This document shows, piece by piece, positions 28,425 through 37,770 of a DNA stretch of 64,000 nucleotides (its first letter is position 1; each line of letters begins with the position of its first letter). Location of the stretch: positions 25,271 to 89,270 of the forward strand of contig URNX01000009.1 in NCBI GenBank assembly GCA_900549415.1. The letters are read 5' to 3'. A program made the translations under genes and the position numbers. The notes beneath the pieces were generated by a model, which did not search any database, was not told the origin of the DNA, and saw only the letters and a list, made by a program, of their open reading frames with translations. This stretch comes from an uncultured bacterium. GTDB lineage: Bacteria > Verrucomicrobiota > Lentisphaeria > Victivallales > UBA1829.

Positions 28425-29120
28425 ATGTTTTTCGACCCCGTTTACCTGCTCTTTATGATTCCCGGGCTCATCATCGCCGGAATCGCATCAATGCTGACCA
28501 AATCCACTTTTGAAAAATACTCCCATGTCCCGGCGCAATCCGGAATGACCGGCGCCCAGGCGGCGGCTAGAATGCTCGCCTCGGCGGGAATCCGCAACGT
28601 CCGCATCGAGGCCGTGAACGGTTTCCTCACCGACCATTACGATCCCTCCTGCCGTACGCTCCGCCTCTCCGAAAGCGTCTACGCAAGCTCAAGCCTCTCC
28701 GCGATCGGCGTCGCATGTCATGAGGCCGGACACGCCATTCAGGACGCCGCGGAGTACAAGCCCATGTATCTGCGCAGCGCGCTCGTGCCCGTCACGAACT
28801 TCGCTTCAACATTCTCCTATTTCATTCTGATCGCCGGATTCATCTTCCAGTCTTCCGGACTCGTCCTCTTCGGCGCAATTCTGTTCAGCGCGGCGGTGCT
28901 CTTCGCCATCGTCACCCTTCCCGTCGAGTGGGACGCCTCGTCAAGAGCGAAAAAACTCATGGTCCGGTGCGGAATCGTCTCCGCAAGCGAACAGGAACAG
29001 GCGGGACAGGTGCTCAACGCGGCGTTCATGACCTACCTCGCCGCCGCAATCAGCTCTCTGCTCACGCTCATCTACTACCTCTTCCGCGCCGGAGTCTTCG
29101 GCGGAAGGTCCGATGACTGA
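28425..29120 (+). CDS. membrane zinc metallopeptidase (YugP/Zn_peptidase_2 family)
   Basis: HEAGHAIQ is an HExxH motif. Hydrophobic segments flank it. The size is about 230 aa. Confidence 0.8.
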   Translation: MFFDPVYLLFMIPGLIIAGIASMLTKSTFEKYSHVPAQSGMTGAQAAARMLASAGIRNVRIEAVNGFLTDHYDPSCRTLRLSESVYASSSLSAIGVACHEAGHAIQDAAEYKPMYLRSALVPVTNFASTFSYFILIAGFIFQSSGLVLFGAILFSAAVLFAIVTLPVEWDASSRAKKLMVRCGIVSASEQEQAGQVLNAAFMTYLAAAISSLLTLIYYLFRAGVFGGRSDD

Positions 29121-29244
29121 CGCCTTTTTCCGGATTTATTCCGATTCGCATTTGAATTCATGCCGTTCGCGTGATATTCTATAAAGATTGGTGATTTCAA
29201 TCGCCCGGACTGTTGAAATCACACCAGAGACTGGAGAAAAATAA

Positions 29245-30153
29245 ATGGAAATGTTATACGAAGTACAAGTCGACAGCGGCGTCCGCTACCGTGCGATCGG
29301 CGACGATTCTCTCATGCTCAGGCAGGAGGATTTCTGCGTCGTCCGCAAAGATTTCTATCTGGACATCGCGAAAGTCGTCCGCATCTGCCGCGAGGCAACC
29401 CCCGAGGATCATCATCAGGAACCCCAGGGACCCGACAAGAAGACCGAAACGCCCGTCATTCAGCGCAAAGCCACCGTCATGGACCAGAGCAAGGCCACCG
29501 AAAACGCGGTCCGGGCAAAGTCCGCCATGCGCGTCGCAGCCCAGCACGTCGAACTCCTCCAGCTTCCCATGAAGCTCATCAATGCACATTATTCTTTCGA
29601 CGGAAAGCTCGTCACCGTGCAGTTCAGCGCAGACGGACGCGTCGACTTCCGTGAACTCGTCAAACAGCTCTCCAACGCGCTCAACACCCGCATCGAGCTC
29701 CGTCAGATCGGCGTGCGCGACGAAACCGCCGCAATCGGCGGAATCGCCCCCTGCGGACGCGTTCTCTGCTGCCGATCCTTCCTGCGCGACTTCGCCTCCA
29801 TCAACGTGAAAATGGCGAAAGAACAGGATCTCTCCCTCACGCCCTCCACGATTTCCGGTGTCTGCGGACGTCTCAAATGCTGTCTCAAATACGAGCATGA
29901 GGGCTATCTGGAAATGGAAAAAACCATGCCCCGCCGCGGCGACTGCTGCGAATGTCCGGAAGGACGCGGGCGCATCGTCGACCGCAACCTGCTCACCCAG
30001 ACCGTCGTTGTCGCTCTGGAGGACTCCGGACGCAACGTAACCTTCTCCAAAGACGACGTCCGCGTCGTCTATCCGGAAAAGCACAAAATGCCGAAGAAAG
30101 ACGGAAAGTGCTGCGGCAACTGCTGTAAAAACGACGGCGGCAGAAAACAATGA
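29245..30153 (+). CDS. PSP1 C-terminal domain protein (RicT/YaaT-like)
   Basis: The cysteine cluster APCGRVLCCRSFL...SGVCGRLKCCLKYEHE is characteristic of PSP1/RicT. Confidence 0.8.
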   Translation: MEMLYEVQVDSGVRYRAIGDDSLMLRQEDFCVVRKDFYLDIAKVVRICREATPEDHHQEPQGPDKKTETPVIQRKATVMDQSKATENAVRAKSAMRVAAQHVELLQLPMKLINAHYSFDGKLVTVQFSADGRVDFRELVKQLSNALNTRIELRQIGVRDETAAIGGIAPCGRVLCCRSFLRDFASINVKMAKEQDLSLTPSTISGVCGRLKCCLKYEHEGYLEMEKTMPRRGDCCECPEGRGRIVDRNLLTQTVVVALEDSGRNVTFSKDDVRVVYPEKHKMPKKDGKCCGNCCKNDGGRKQ

Positions 30154-30512
30154 AACCGGGCGATCCAATCAAGTGCCCCCATTGCGGAGCGGATTCTTTT
30201 CTGAAGAAGGAATCCGTCATGGACGGCTGGACGAAAGTCGGGGAAGTGCTGAAATGCGTCTCCTGCTCTGCCGTCATCGAGGACTGTTCAAAACAGGAAA
30301 ACGAGTGTAAAAAGCCGGATTTGACGGATCGTTTCCGTCAATTTCTCGGTTCTGACGGAGAAGAATCCGTCAAAGTTGATTTGTCCGAAAAGGACTGCCG
30401 TTTCTGCAAGGACTGCGCGAACATGGTTCCGCACCCGTTCCAACTCCGCTGCGCGCTGACGGGCCGATCCGTCAATCCGATGGACGACTGCGCTCATTTC
30501 AAGAAGAAATGA
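30150..30512 (+). CDS. cysteine-rich zinc-ribbon protein (120 aa)
   Basis: CPHC...CVSC...CRFCKDC...C are CxxC pairs. The ATGA start overlaps the RicT-like gene stop at 30150. Confidence 0.55.
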   Translation: MKPGDPIKCPHCGADSFLKKESVMDGWTKVGEVLKCVSCSAVIEDCSKQENECKKPDLTDRFRQFLGSDGEESVKVDLSEKDCRFCKDCANMVPHPFQLRCALTGRSVNPMDDCAHFKKK

Positions 30513-30582
30513 CGGATTGACGGATACGCAAAACGGCGAAAAAAACGGAAGCATCCGGAGACGCTTCCGTTTGCACCGGCGG

Positions 30583-31116
30583 TTAATCCGCGTAAACGAT
30601 GCGGACGTTGCGGATCCAGTAGGCGATATTCCGGTCCTTCGCATTCAGGCCGATGCGGAGAGTCCGGATCTGTTCCGGATTCAGATCGTCGCGGAGCAGG
30701 GAAACCGAACGTTCCTCCCATTGTTCCGTCGGAGCGTCGACGTTCAGGTGAACCGACTTGCGCTTGCCTTCCGCATTCACAAACACGGGAATGACAAGCA
30801 TGAACTTCACGTTCTCCGCCGGCACGGCCTTTACTTCGAATCTCAGCTCCACCGCGTTTTTCATCGACTCCGCAGGAAGATTCAGCGAAAATCCCGGATA
30901 AACCCAGAAATCTTTGACATCGTCGCGGAAAACGGGCGTAAATTTCATTCCGCGCGCTTCGCTGTCATAGGCGATGTTGAGTTTTCCCGGCACATTCCGA
31001 TCCCACGCGGAAGGGTCGTTCACCCGTGCGAAGTCCACAGTTTTTTCCCCCGCGAACAGTGCCGCCCCGATGGACAGAGCGGCCATTGCTCCGATAATCT
31101 TTCTCTTCATTTTCAC
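30583..31116 (-). CDS. secreted stand-alone copy of the C-terminal beta-sandwich domain of the upstream hydrolase
   Basis: There is a signal peptide. WVYPGFSLNLPAESMKNAVELRFEVKAVP...LRIGLNAKDRNIAYWIRNVRIVYAD aligns with WIYPTYELQLPQESLKNANSIVFDVKAEP...IRIGLNPNTDSITYWIRNVRILYNK at the C-terminus of 31122..33584. Confidence 0.65.
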   Translation of the reverse strand: MKMKRKIIGAMAALSIGAALFAGEKTVDFARVNDPSAWDRNVPGKLNIAYDSEARGMKFTPVFRDDVKDFWVYPGFSLNLPAESMKNAVELRFEVKAVPAENVKFMLVIPVFVNAEGKRKSVHLNVDAPTEQWEERSVSLLRDDLNPEQIRTLRIGLNAKDRNIAYWIRNVRIVYAD

Positions 31117-31121
31117 TCTCC

Positions 31122-33584
31122 TTATTTGTTGTAAAGGATGCGGACATTCCGGATCCAGTAGGTGATCGAATCGGTGTTCGGATTCAGACCGATGCGGATT
31201 TTCACGATCCGCTCCGGATTCGTTTTGCTCAGGGAAACCTGACAGGTCTTCCAGTCGCCCGACGGCTTCGGCATCCGGAGATGGTCCGTGCGGAACTTCC
31301 CCTGTTCATCCTGTGTCACAGTCATGGTGAGCATGAACAGCACCTTGTCCGACGGTTCCGCCTTCACATCGAAGACAATGCTGTTCGCGTTCTTCAGAGA
31401 TTCCTGCGGAAGCTGGAGCTCGTAGGTCGGATAAATCCAGCGGTCGCCGCGAGCGGAAAATTTCGTTTCAAACCGGATCGCCTGCTCCGCATGGTCGTTT
31501 GTGATGGTCATGCGACCGGAACTGTTACGCTTCCAGTTTCCGGCGTCCTGCATTTCCGGATAGATCACCACGCGCGATTCCGCCTGACGCTTTGCGCTGT
31601 TGAACATATCCATCTCCAGCGGACTGACCGCTTTGCCGTTGAAAGTTCCCGCAACCGTCATGGTCGCGGTGAAGTCTTTCCGGAAAACGGGCACGACTTC
31701 AAGGGGGAAAACCGCTTTGCCGAACGGCTTCAGCGTCACGGTCTGCGGAAGACCGGAGACTTCAACGCCCTCCGGATGAACGGTTCCCGTTTTCGGTTCC
31801 GCCGAGAGGTTCCAGACTTCCAGAGTCAGTTTCGCTTTTTCTTTCGTCACGTCAACCGCGTCTTTTTCCGAACTCAACCGGAAATCTTCCGAAAGCGCGA
31901 CGCGGTAGACGATTGTGCGGTCGTACGGAGTTTCCGCCGGGGCGAAATTTCTTTTGCCGCGCACAAACGGAACGGAAGGTTTCAGCCCCGCGAGTCCGCT
32001 GATGTAAGCGGGCATGCGCGTGGAATTCAGTACCAGTTTCCCGTTCTTCGCCTCCGTACGGAACGGCGTGCCGAAAATATCCGTTCCGCTGTAAACCCCG
32101 TCTTTGGCGGCAAGAGTGAGCGTACGGCTGAAGGGGTCATCCGTAATCTCCGGACGCTCGCCGCCCTCATCGACTTCCGAAACGCTCCAGAACGCAACCG
32201 TCTGCAATCCGTCCGGCTGACGGAACAGGAACGCTCTGATCTCTTTCCCAGCCTCCATCTTCCCCTCAAGGACAGCGGAGCCGAGCATATCGGCAAGGTT
32301 TGAAAACGCCGTGTATCCGGGCTTGACGGTGTAGTCGCGCCGCATCAGCCCCCAGTCTTTGGCTCCTCCGTTTTCATTGTATGCAGGAAGAACAAAGAAA
32401 AAATCGCGATCCGCACCGAGGTTCTGCATTCCGATCATCATTTTCGGAAGATATTCGGCTACAACGAGTTCCTGACGCGGAGAATGGCGCTTGACTCCGC
32501 GGATCCCGCTCTCCTCCTGCGCGGCGCCCTCCGCGCGGCACCCGCTTTCCGTAAACCAGAGCGGACGCTCCGAAACGCCGTACTGTTTCCGGAAAGCTTC
32601 TATCTTCGCAAAGATTTCCGGATAACGGTTAAGCGGCGCGTAGGTGTGAACATTGAAAATGTCAAAATAATCCCGGAGTCCGTTCTTCAGCATGGAGTGC
32701 GCATAAGGCGACACGGTCCGCGCAAGCCCGCCGAATGCAACCGGAAGCGACGGGTCGCCGGCTTTGAATCCAAGATACGCGGCCTTCATCGCGGCGGCAT
32801 AATCCCAGGCGCCTTCCGGAGCGAAACCGATGTCCTGTTCGTTCCAGAACTCCCAGTCCGTCATTTTACCTTTGAAAGCGACTGCGAGCGTTTTGCAGAA
32901 TTCATAGACGGCGCCGAGATCGGCGGGAAGTTTTTCATTGCCGCCGCGGTTCCAGACCGGCGTATCGTGAAACATGCCCGAAATCCCGATTCCGCGGGCG
33001 GAAAGCAGTTCGGCATTCTGCATGTAGCGTCCCCAGGAGAATTCTCCCCGCTTGCGCTCGCAATCCGTCCAGCGCAGACGGTCACGGATAACCGTCATGC
33101 CGCCGCGCCTCGCAGCTTCCGAAACAATCCCGTATGCAGCTTCGGGATGGATTACGTTGCGGCGGTTCGGTTCCGCAAGCCAGCTCTGGGCGCTGTCCAC
33201 CGCATAGAACATCTCGGGATTGTGCGTGCGTTTCGCCGGATCGGGAACGACAGTGAAGGTGCGGACGCCGGAGAACACCGCATCGGACGACGACAGTTTC
33301 AGTTTGTAATATCCGTTCGGCAACGCCTCCAGGGCAAGAGTTCCGTCCGGAGCGAACATTCCGCTGCGCAGTTCGATGTCCTTCCAGTCGAGCAGACTCC
33401 ATTTCACTTCACCGGGATTCCGTAATTTCAGCGTGAACTTCAGCGGTTCCCCCTGAATGAAAACCGTTGCGGGGGCATGAACCGTCACCGCACGCGCAGC
33501 ATCCTCGGCCTCCGCATGAAACGGAGCGAACAGACAGCCTGCGGCAAGCGCGGCGAAAAAAAATGTTTTTTTATGCTTCATCAT
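31122..33584 (-). CDS. secreted clan GH-A (GH5-like) glycoside hydrolase with a C-terminal beta-sandwich domain
   Basis: The start was chosen at the internal MMKHKKTFFFAALAAG signal peptide (ATG rc at 33582-33584). DWEFWNEQD is the acid/base NE motif. LWFTESGC is the nucleophile TE motif. Confidence 0.75.
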   Translation of the reverse strand: MMKHKKTFFFAALAAGCLFAPFHAEAEDAARAVTVHAPATVFIQGEPLKFTLKLRNPGEVKWSLLDWKDIELRSGMFAPDGTLALEALPNGYYKLKLSSSDAVFSGVRTFTVVPDPAKRTHNPEMFYAVDSAQSWLAEPNRRNVIHPEAAYGIVSEAARRGGMTVIRDRLRWTDCERKRGEFSWGRYMQNAELLSARGIGISGMFHDTPVWNRGGNEKLPADLGAVYEFCKTLAVAFKGKMTDWEFWNEQDIGFAPEGAWDYAAAMKAAYLGFKAGDPSLPVAFGGLARTVSPYAHSMLKNGLRDYFDIFNVHTYAPLNRYPEIFAKIEAFRKQYGVSERPLWFTESGCRAEGAAQEESGIRGVKRHSPRQELVVAEYLPKMMIGMQNLGADRDFFFVLPAYNENGGAKDWGLMRRDYTVKPGYTAFSNLADMLGSAVLEGKMEAGKEIRAFLFRQPDGLQTVAFWSVSEVDEGGERPEITDDPFSRTLTLAAKDGVYSGTDIFGTPFRTEAKNGKLVLNSTRMPAYISGLAGLKPSVPFVRGKRNFAPAETPYDRTIVYRVALSEDFRLSSEKDAVDVTKEKAKLTLEVWNLSAEPKTGTVHPEGVEVSGLPQTVTLKPFGKAVFPLEVVPVFRKDFTATMTVAGTFNGKAVSPLEMDMFNSAKRQAESRVVIYPEMQDAGNWKRNSSGRMTITNDHAEQAIRFETKFSARGDRWIYPTYELQLPQESLKNANSIVFDVKAEPSDKVLFMLTMTVTQDEQGKFRTDHLRMPKPSGDWKTCQVSLSKTNPERIVKIRIGLNPNTDSITYWIRNVRILYNK

Positions 33585-33597
33585 TGTCTCCTTTATT

Positions 33598-34368
33598 TTA
33601 CTGCAGTTGAGAATCATCCGGACTGGCGCCCCAGAACCAGGAAACCCAGCGCGCTCCCGCGTTTGCCCAGACGCGCGCCCGCTGATTCGCGACATGACCG
33701 TCACCGAACGTGTGATTCGCCGTCAGCACGGGATGCCGAAACGCGATTACCCCCGTATTCTTCCAGCCCGAAGGAGCCCATTCACCGCTCTCCTCATAAG
33801 AAATCATGTGCGCATAGCCACGCTCCGACTTCATATCCGCATAGAGCAGACGCTCCGTCGGACGCTTCAGCGCGGTGAGGCGCCAGCGGTGCGCATAGGA
33901 TGCGCTGTCCGCTGAAAACATGAAGCGGTTGGGTCCGATATGCTGATTCCCGACCGTCGCATAATCAATCCATTCGGTAACAGCGGGGCATCTCATGCTT
34001 GCAAGTTTCGGACGGTGCAGTCCGTCATTGTTCCGCTCGATGAAGTCTGCATTTCCGTTGATCGCTTTCTTCGCAACATAACTCCAGAGCAAAGTCATGC
34101 AGACCGGTTTGTACATTCCGACCTGGTGTTCAATCGGCAGGAATCCGGCATTATCGTCCGCATACATGAAAGTATAGGTTCCGAGCTGTTTCTGATTCGA
34201 CGCGCAGCTGATCGCTCTCGCCTTGTCACGCGCCTTTCCGAGCGCAGGGAGAAGCATCCCGGCAAGGATGGCGATGATGGCAATTACCACAAGGAGCTCT
34301 ATAAGGGTGAATTCGTTGAAATTTCCCTTGAAATATGAAATATTTCTTCTGGCTGAATGAAGTTTCAT
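33598..34368 (-). CDS. DUF1559 prepilin-type protein
   Basis: [45 protein letters not shown] is the N-terminal signature. The C-terminus carries [10 protein letters not shown]. Confidence 0.85.
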   Translation of the reverse strand: MKLHSARRNISYFKGNFNEFTLIELLVVIAIIAILAGMLLPALGKARDKARAISCASNQKQLGTYTFMYADDNAGFLPIEHQVGMYKPVCMTLLWSYVAKKAINGNADFIERNNDGLHRPKLASMRCPAVTEWIDYATVGNQHIGPNRFMFSADSASYAHRWRLTALKRPTERLLYADMKSERGYAHMISYEESGEWAPSGWKNTGVIAFRHPVLTANHTFGDGHVANQRARVWANAGARWVSWFWGASPDDSQLQ

Positions 34369-34571
34369 TGTGTCACCTGCCTTTCGTTTTCTGGTTCCGG
34401 TTAAGTTCGGGAGAATCTCTGAAATAGAAATTTGTCATTTCGTATTTCCTCTGGTTTTGCGCGTTTTCCGCAATGTGTTCCATACGGAACGGTGATTTCC
34501 GTTTCATTCTGCCGCCTGCCTTTCATTTTGTCTTTTGTTATTTTGCGAAAAATATATACTCTGTTCATTGC

Positions 34572-35585
34572 TCAGCGCCGGAGCTTTCGGGTTGTCGCCC
34601 GTTCGATGATGCGTTCACTGAGTTCCGCACGCGTAACTGTGGCGCGGGGAACGACGCCGCGCATCAGACGGTGCAGTTTGCCCGCGGCGGCATTTCCAAG
34701 CAGCTTCAGCGGAACCGCGACCGTGCTCAGGGCGGGCGACATGTACGCCATGACCGGGAAGTCGTCACAGCTCAGCACGGAAATATCCTCCGGGACACGG
34801 ACGGAACGGCGTTTCAGCGCGTCGATCACGCCGAGCGCAGGCTCCAGCCCGGTCGCAAAAACCGCGGTCAGACCGGGAGCGCGCTCCAGCAGCTTTTCAA
34901 CGCCGAGCACACCCGCAAGAAAACCGTCCGGCTTTGCAAGCTCCAACTCTTCCTCGCGGACGACCGCCGCATCGGGATACACCTCAAGGAAACCGGAAAG
35001 ACGTTCCTTTCCGCCGCGCGCATCCGAGGGAGAAACCAGTATTCCCGTTTTCGTGTGACCGAGTCCGCGCAAATATTCCCCCGCCGTTCTGCCGATTCCG
35101 GAAAAATCAACCGAAACGCTCTTCTTCCTGTCCGGCGCCGTTCCGTTGATGACGCAGTAGGGAAAACGGTTCTTCTCCAGCGTCTCCAGATATCCGCTCT
35201 CCACGTTGGTGCGAATGGCGAGAACGCCGTCGATCCCGCGACGCCCGAGCTCCTTGACAAGGTCGTAGCGGGTCCACTCCTCCGCCGATCCGGAAATCAG
35301 AGTCATGGTCAGCTTTTCCGCATGGCAGTACTCCGCGACGCCCTCCAGGACGCTGCTGAGATAATAGTTGAAATCCAGCGGAATGTTCTCATACTGCTGG
35401 ACAAGCACGCCGATGCACGGAATTTTGCTGCGGACCGCGCGCGGACGGAAATTCATCTCCGCCGCGATCTTCTGAATCTCCCGCCGCATCTCCTCGCTCA
35501 GCTCCGGCGAATTCTTCAGCGCCTTGCTGACCGTGGAAGGCGAAACGTTCGCAATCCGGCTGAGTGTGTATATCGTCGTTTTCAT
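34572..35585 (-). CDS. LacI-family transcriptional regulator
   Basis: YTLSRIANVSPSTVSKALKNSPELSEEMRREIQKIAAEMNF is the HTH. A sugar-binding domain follows. Confidence 0.9.
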   Translation of the reverse strand: MKTTIYTLSRIANVSPSTVSKALKNSPELSEEMRREIQKIAAEMNFRPRAVRSKIPCIGVLVQQYENIPLDFNYYLSSVLEGVAEYCHAEKLTMTLISGSAEEWTRYDLVKELGRRGIDGVLAIRTNVESGYLETLEKNRFPYCVINGTAPDRKKSVSVDFSGIGRTAGEYLRGLGHTKTGILVSPSDARGGKERLSGFLEVYPDAAVVREEELELAKPDGFLAGVLGVEKLLERAPGLTAVFATGLEPALGVIDALKRRSVRVPEDISVLSCDDFPVMAYMSPALSTVAVPLKLLGNAAAGKLHRLMRGVVPRATVTRAELSERIIERATTRKLRR

Positions 35586-35597
35586 GCTCGTCTTTTC

Positions 35598-35662
35598 CGA
35601 AAAATAAAATTGTTTCGATTTGTTTCTGCTTTAATTATAGCATAAAACACTAAAAATGTCAA
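35598..35662 (-). promoter_or_regulatory. sigma70 promoter (TTGACA-17-TGcTATAAT, rc) plus a CGAAA-N10-TTTCG dyad between -10 and start
   Basis: The reverse complement of 35634-35662 reads TTGACAtttttagtgttttatgcTATAAT. The dyad lies at 35598-35617. The LacI ATG is at 35585. Confidence 0.5.
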
Positions 35663-35739
35663 GAGGGAAAAATGAAAAAAAAGAGGATTTTTTCAGAAGC
35701 GTCTGGATCGGCGAAAACCGGAATTCTCCTTTCAGCGGT

Positions 35740-35910
35740 TCAGATGCGTTTCTTTGCCGGACCGGCAATGCGGATTGCCAGGTTTTCCAGACGGCGGCGG
35801 ACCACGCCCTCCGTCACAATCGCGCCGATCGCCTCGAATATGGCGTCGAACACATCCGCCATCTTCTGCGGAGTGAAGCATTTCTCATTTCCCAGCGCGC
35901 GAACGAGAAG
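35740..35910 (-). repeat. diverged duplicate of the 3' end of holA (last about 45 codons and stop), a direct repeat of 44470-44640
   Basis: The translated ...FTPQKMADVFDAIFEAIGAIVTEGVVRRRLENLAIRIAGPAKKRI* is compared with the holA C-terminus ...FTPREMADVFDAIFEANRAIVTGSDARRCLENLAIRIAGPAKKRG*. There is a 34-bp identical core gcctcgaatatggcgtcgaacacatccgccatct. Overall identity is about 80% over about 150 bp. Confidence 0.5.
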
Positions 35911-35915
35911 GCCCG

Positions 35916-36740
35916 TCATTGAAAACGCCTGCGGTAGCGCAGCGGCGTTTTGCCGGTCATACGGCGGAAAACGACGCTGAACCATGCGCTGTCGCAATAC
36001 TGCAAATCTCCGGCGATGTCGGAAATGGACATAGCAGTTTCGGTCAGAAGACGTTTTGCCTCCTCCATGCGCAATTCGGTCAGAAACCGGTTCGGAGGCG
36101 GAAGCCCCGTCTGTTTCCATTTGCGCAGAAAAGAACGATAGGAAAGACCGTGCCGCAGAGCAAGTTTTTCCCAGTTTGGCGTTTCCCTGAAGTTGAGCTG
36201 AAGCCAGGAAACGATTTTCATGACCTGCCGGGATCCGGCGGAAACCGGATTCTTTTTCTGCCTGTATACAAGTAGACATTCCTGAAGGAGTCTCCAGCAG
36301 AGCATGTCGAGCCGATCAACTGCCCCGAATTCATCCAGACGCTCCGTCAGAATTCGGATCTCATGAAACGTCTCATAGAGGCTTTTTTTCTGCGGCAGTT
36401 CGCAAATGACGAAATCGTCAGCAAAACCGATTTCATGCAATCTCTCCGCCATGCTCTTCGGATACGAGAAAAAGAGCGATTGCCTGTAAACGGCTCCGCG
36501 GGATTCATGGAGCTCCCCGGGTCTTTTCAAAACGAGATACGGATAATTCGCTGTATATGGTTTCCCATTGATACGGAAAGACATTCCGGCAGAATTTCCA
36601 TCAAACCGCAGCGCGAAGCCGAACACCTCCAGCGTCTGCTTTTCCGGCTGCGCCGTATCGCCGTAAAGCCCCACGGAACGGATCTCCGGCACAAGATGCA
36701 CAGAGCGCGCAAAATATTCTGTATAAAGTTGTCGTTGCAT
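35916..36740 (-). CDS. AraC-family transcriptional regulator
   Basis: The N-terminal part is a ligand domain. The C-terminal part is the AraC HTH (SISDIAGDLQYCDSAWFSVVFRRMTGKTPLRYRR). The gene runs divergent from the DUF1559-GH-GH operon. Confidence 0.85.
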   Translation of the reverse strand: MQRQLYTEYFARSVHLVPEIRSVGLYGDTAQPEKQTLEVFGFALRFDGNSAGMSFRINGKPYTANYPYLVLKRPGELHESRGAVYRQSLFFSYPKSMAERLHEIGFADDFVICELPQKKSLYETFHEIRILTERLDEFGAVDRLDMLCWRLLQECLLVYRQKKNPVSAGSRQVMKIVSWLQLNFRETPNWEKLALRHGLSYRSFLRKWKQTGLPPPNRFLTELRMEEAKRLLTETAMSISDIAGDLQYCDSAWFSVVFRRMTGKTPLRYRRRFQ

Positions 36741-36840
36741 ACCGTTATTATATATCGCAACGGGAAAATTTCAACTGAAACAGAAAAAATTTCAAAAGAA
36801 TAATTGGCGAAAAACCAAAGAAAAATGGCGAAAACATCTC

Positions 36841-36868
36841 TTGTCAAAAAACTGTTTTATGCTATAAT
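36841..36868 (+). promoter_or_regulatory. sigma70 promoter for the DUF1559-GH-GH operon (TTGTCA-17-TGcTATAAT)
   Basis: The sequence reads ttgtcaaaaaactgttttatgcTATAATatat. The gene start is at 36930. Confidence 0.5.
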
Positions 36869-36929
36869 ATATCCATAGGCAGACAAATGATTCAGAAACA
36901 TCCCAAAACTTAAAAAGGAAACGGCGACA

Positions 36930-37745
36930 ATGAACAACGGAAAAACAGGTTCGGCTACTTCTGGAAAAAGAAATTCGAGACGGTCCGGAAAATTCACACT
37001 CGTAGAACTTCTAATTGTAATTGCGATTATTGCAATTCTCGCAGCGATGTTGCTCCCGGCTCTGGACAAGGCGCGCAGTAAAGCGCAGGGAATATCCTGC
37101 ATGGGAAATCTGAAGCAGCAGGGGCTTGCATTCCGCATGTACGGAAACGACAACGATGACTGGGTTGTTATTTTTCAGGGATCGGATACAGGAGAAAACA
37201 GCTCCAGATTTTTGAAATGGCAGGATCTTCTTCTTGTTTACATCGCGGGGAAGCCGGCGGTCGCTCAAAAAAGCTGGATGACAAATTTCTACAAGAACGG
37301 CACGGCGGTCGACATTATTCCCGTTTTTCAGTGTCCCGGCAACCAGAAGAAAGATGACCCGGGGGGAACTTATGGAGTAAATCAAAATCTCTCTCGACCC
37401 GATCTGACAGAAGCCTACTGGCGGGATCGCTACAGATTAAAGTATTCGCAGGTGAAAACACCGTCCGTACGTCTCCTGGCCGGCGATTTTTCCTGGAGCG
37501 CCCAGCAGCGCGCATCGGACTGCCTCGGAGGCGACATGTATTACAAGTACGATCTTGAACTTCCCTTCCGTCATGGGGGAGGAGTAAATCTCCTGTTTGC
37601 GGACGGGCATGCACGGAGCCGGACAAACCGTCTGCCGGCGCTCCCGGAGTTCAGCGGAACCCTGGTCACCAAGGCAAGCGCGGAAAACCGCGTAAGCACA
37701 TACGGCCAGGAGTATTACATCTGGGGATTCGGATTCAACAACTGA
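36930..37745 (+). CDS. DUF1559 prepilin-type protein
   Basis: [45 protein letters not shown] is the N-terminal signature. The C-terminus carries [10 protein letters not shown]. Confidence 0.85.
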   Translation: MNNGKTGSATSGKRNSRRSGKFTLVELLIVIAIIAILAAMLLPALDKARSKAQGISCMGNLKQQGLAFRMYGNDNDDWVVIFQGSDTGENSSRFLKWQDLLLVYIAGKPAVAQKSWMTNFYKNGTAVDIIPVFQCPGNQKKDDPGGTYGVNQNLSRPDLTEAYWRDRYRLKYSQVKTPSVRLLAGDFSWSAQQRASDCLGGDMYYKYDLELPFRHGGGVNLLFADGHARSRTNRLPALPEFSGTLVTKASAENRVSTYGQEYYIWGFGFNN

Positions 37746-37770
37746 ACATTCATACAAGAAAGGCAACAAA

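Noticed and set aside
35740-36279. A 179-aa minus-strand ORF overlapping the AraC gene.
   Set aside because: Only its last ~45 codons are meaningful, being the holA 3' remnant. The rest is an alternative frame of the AraC gene.
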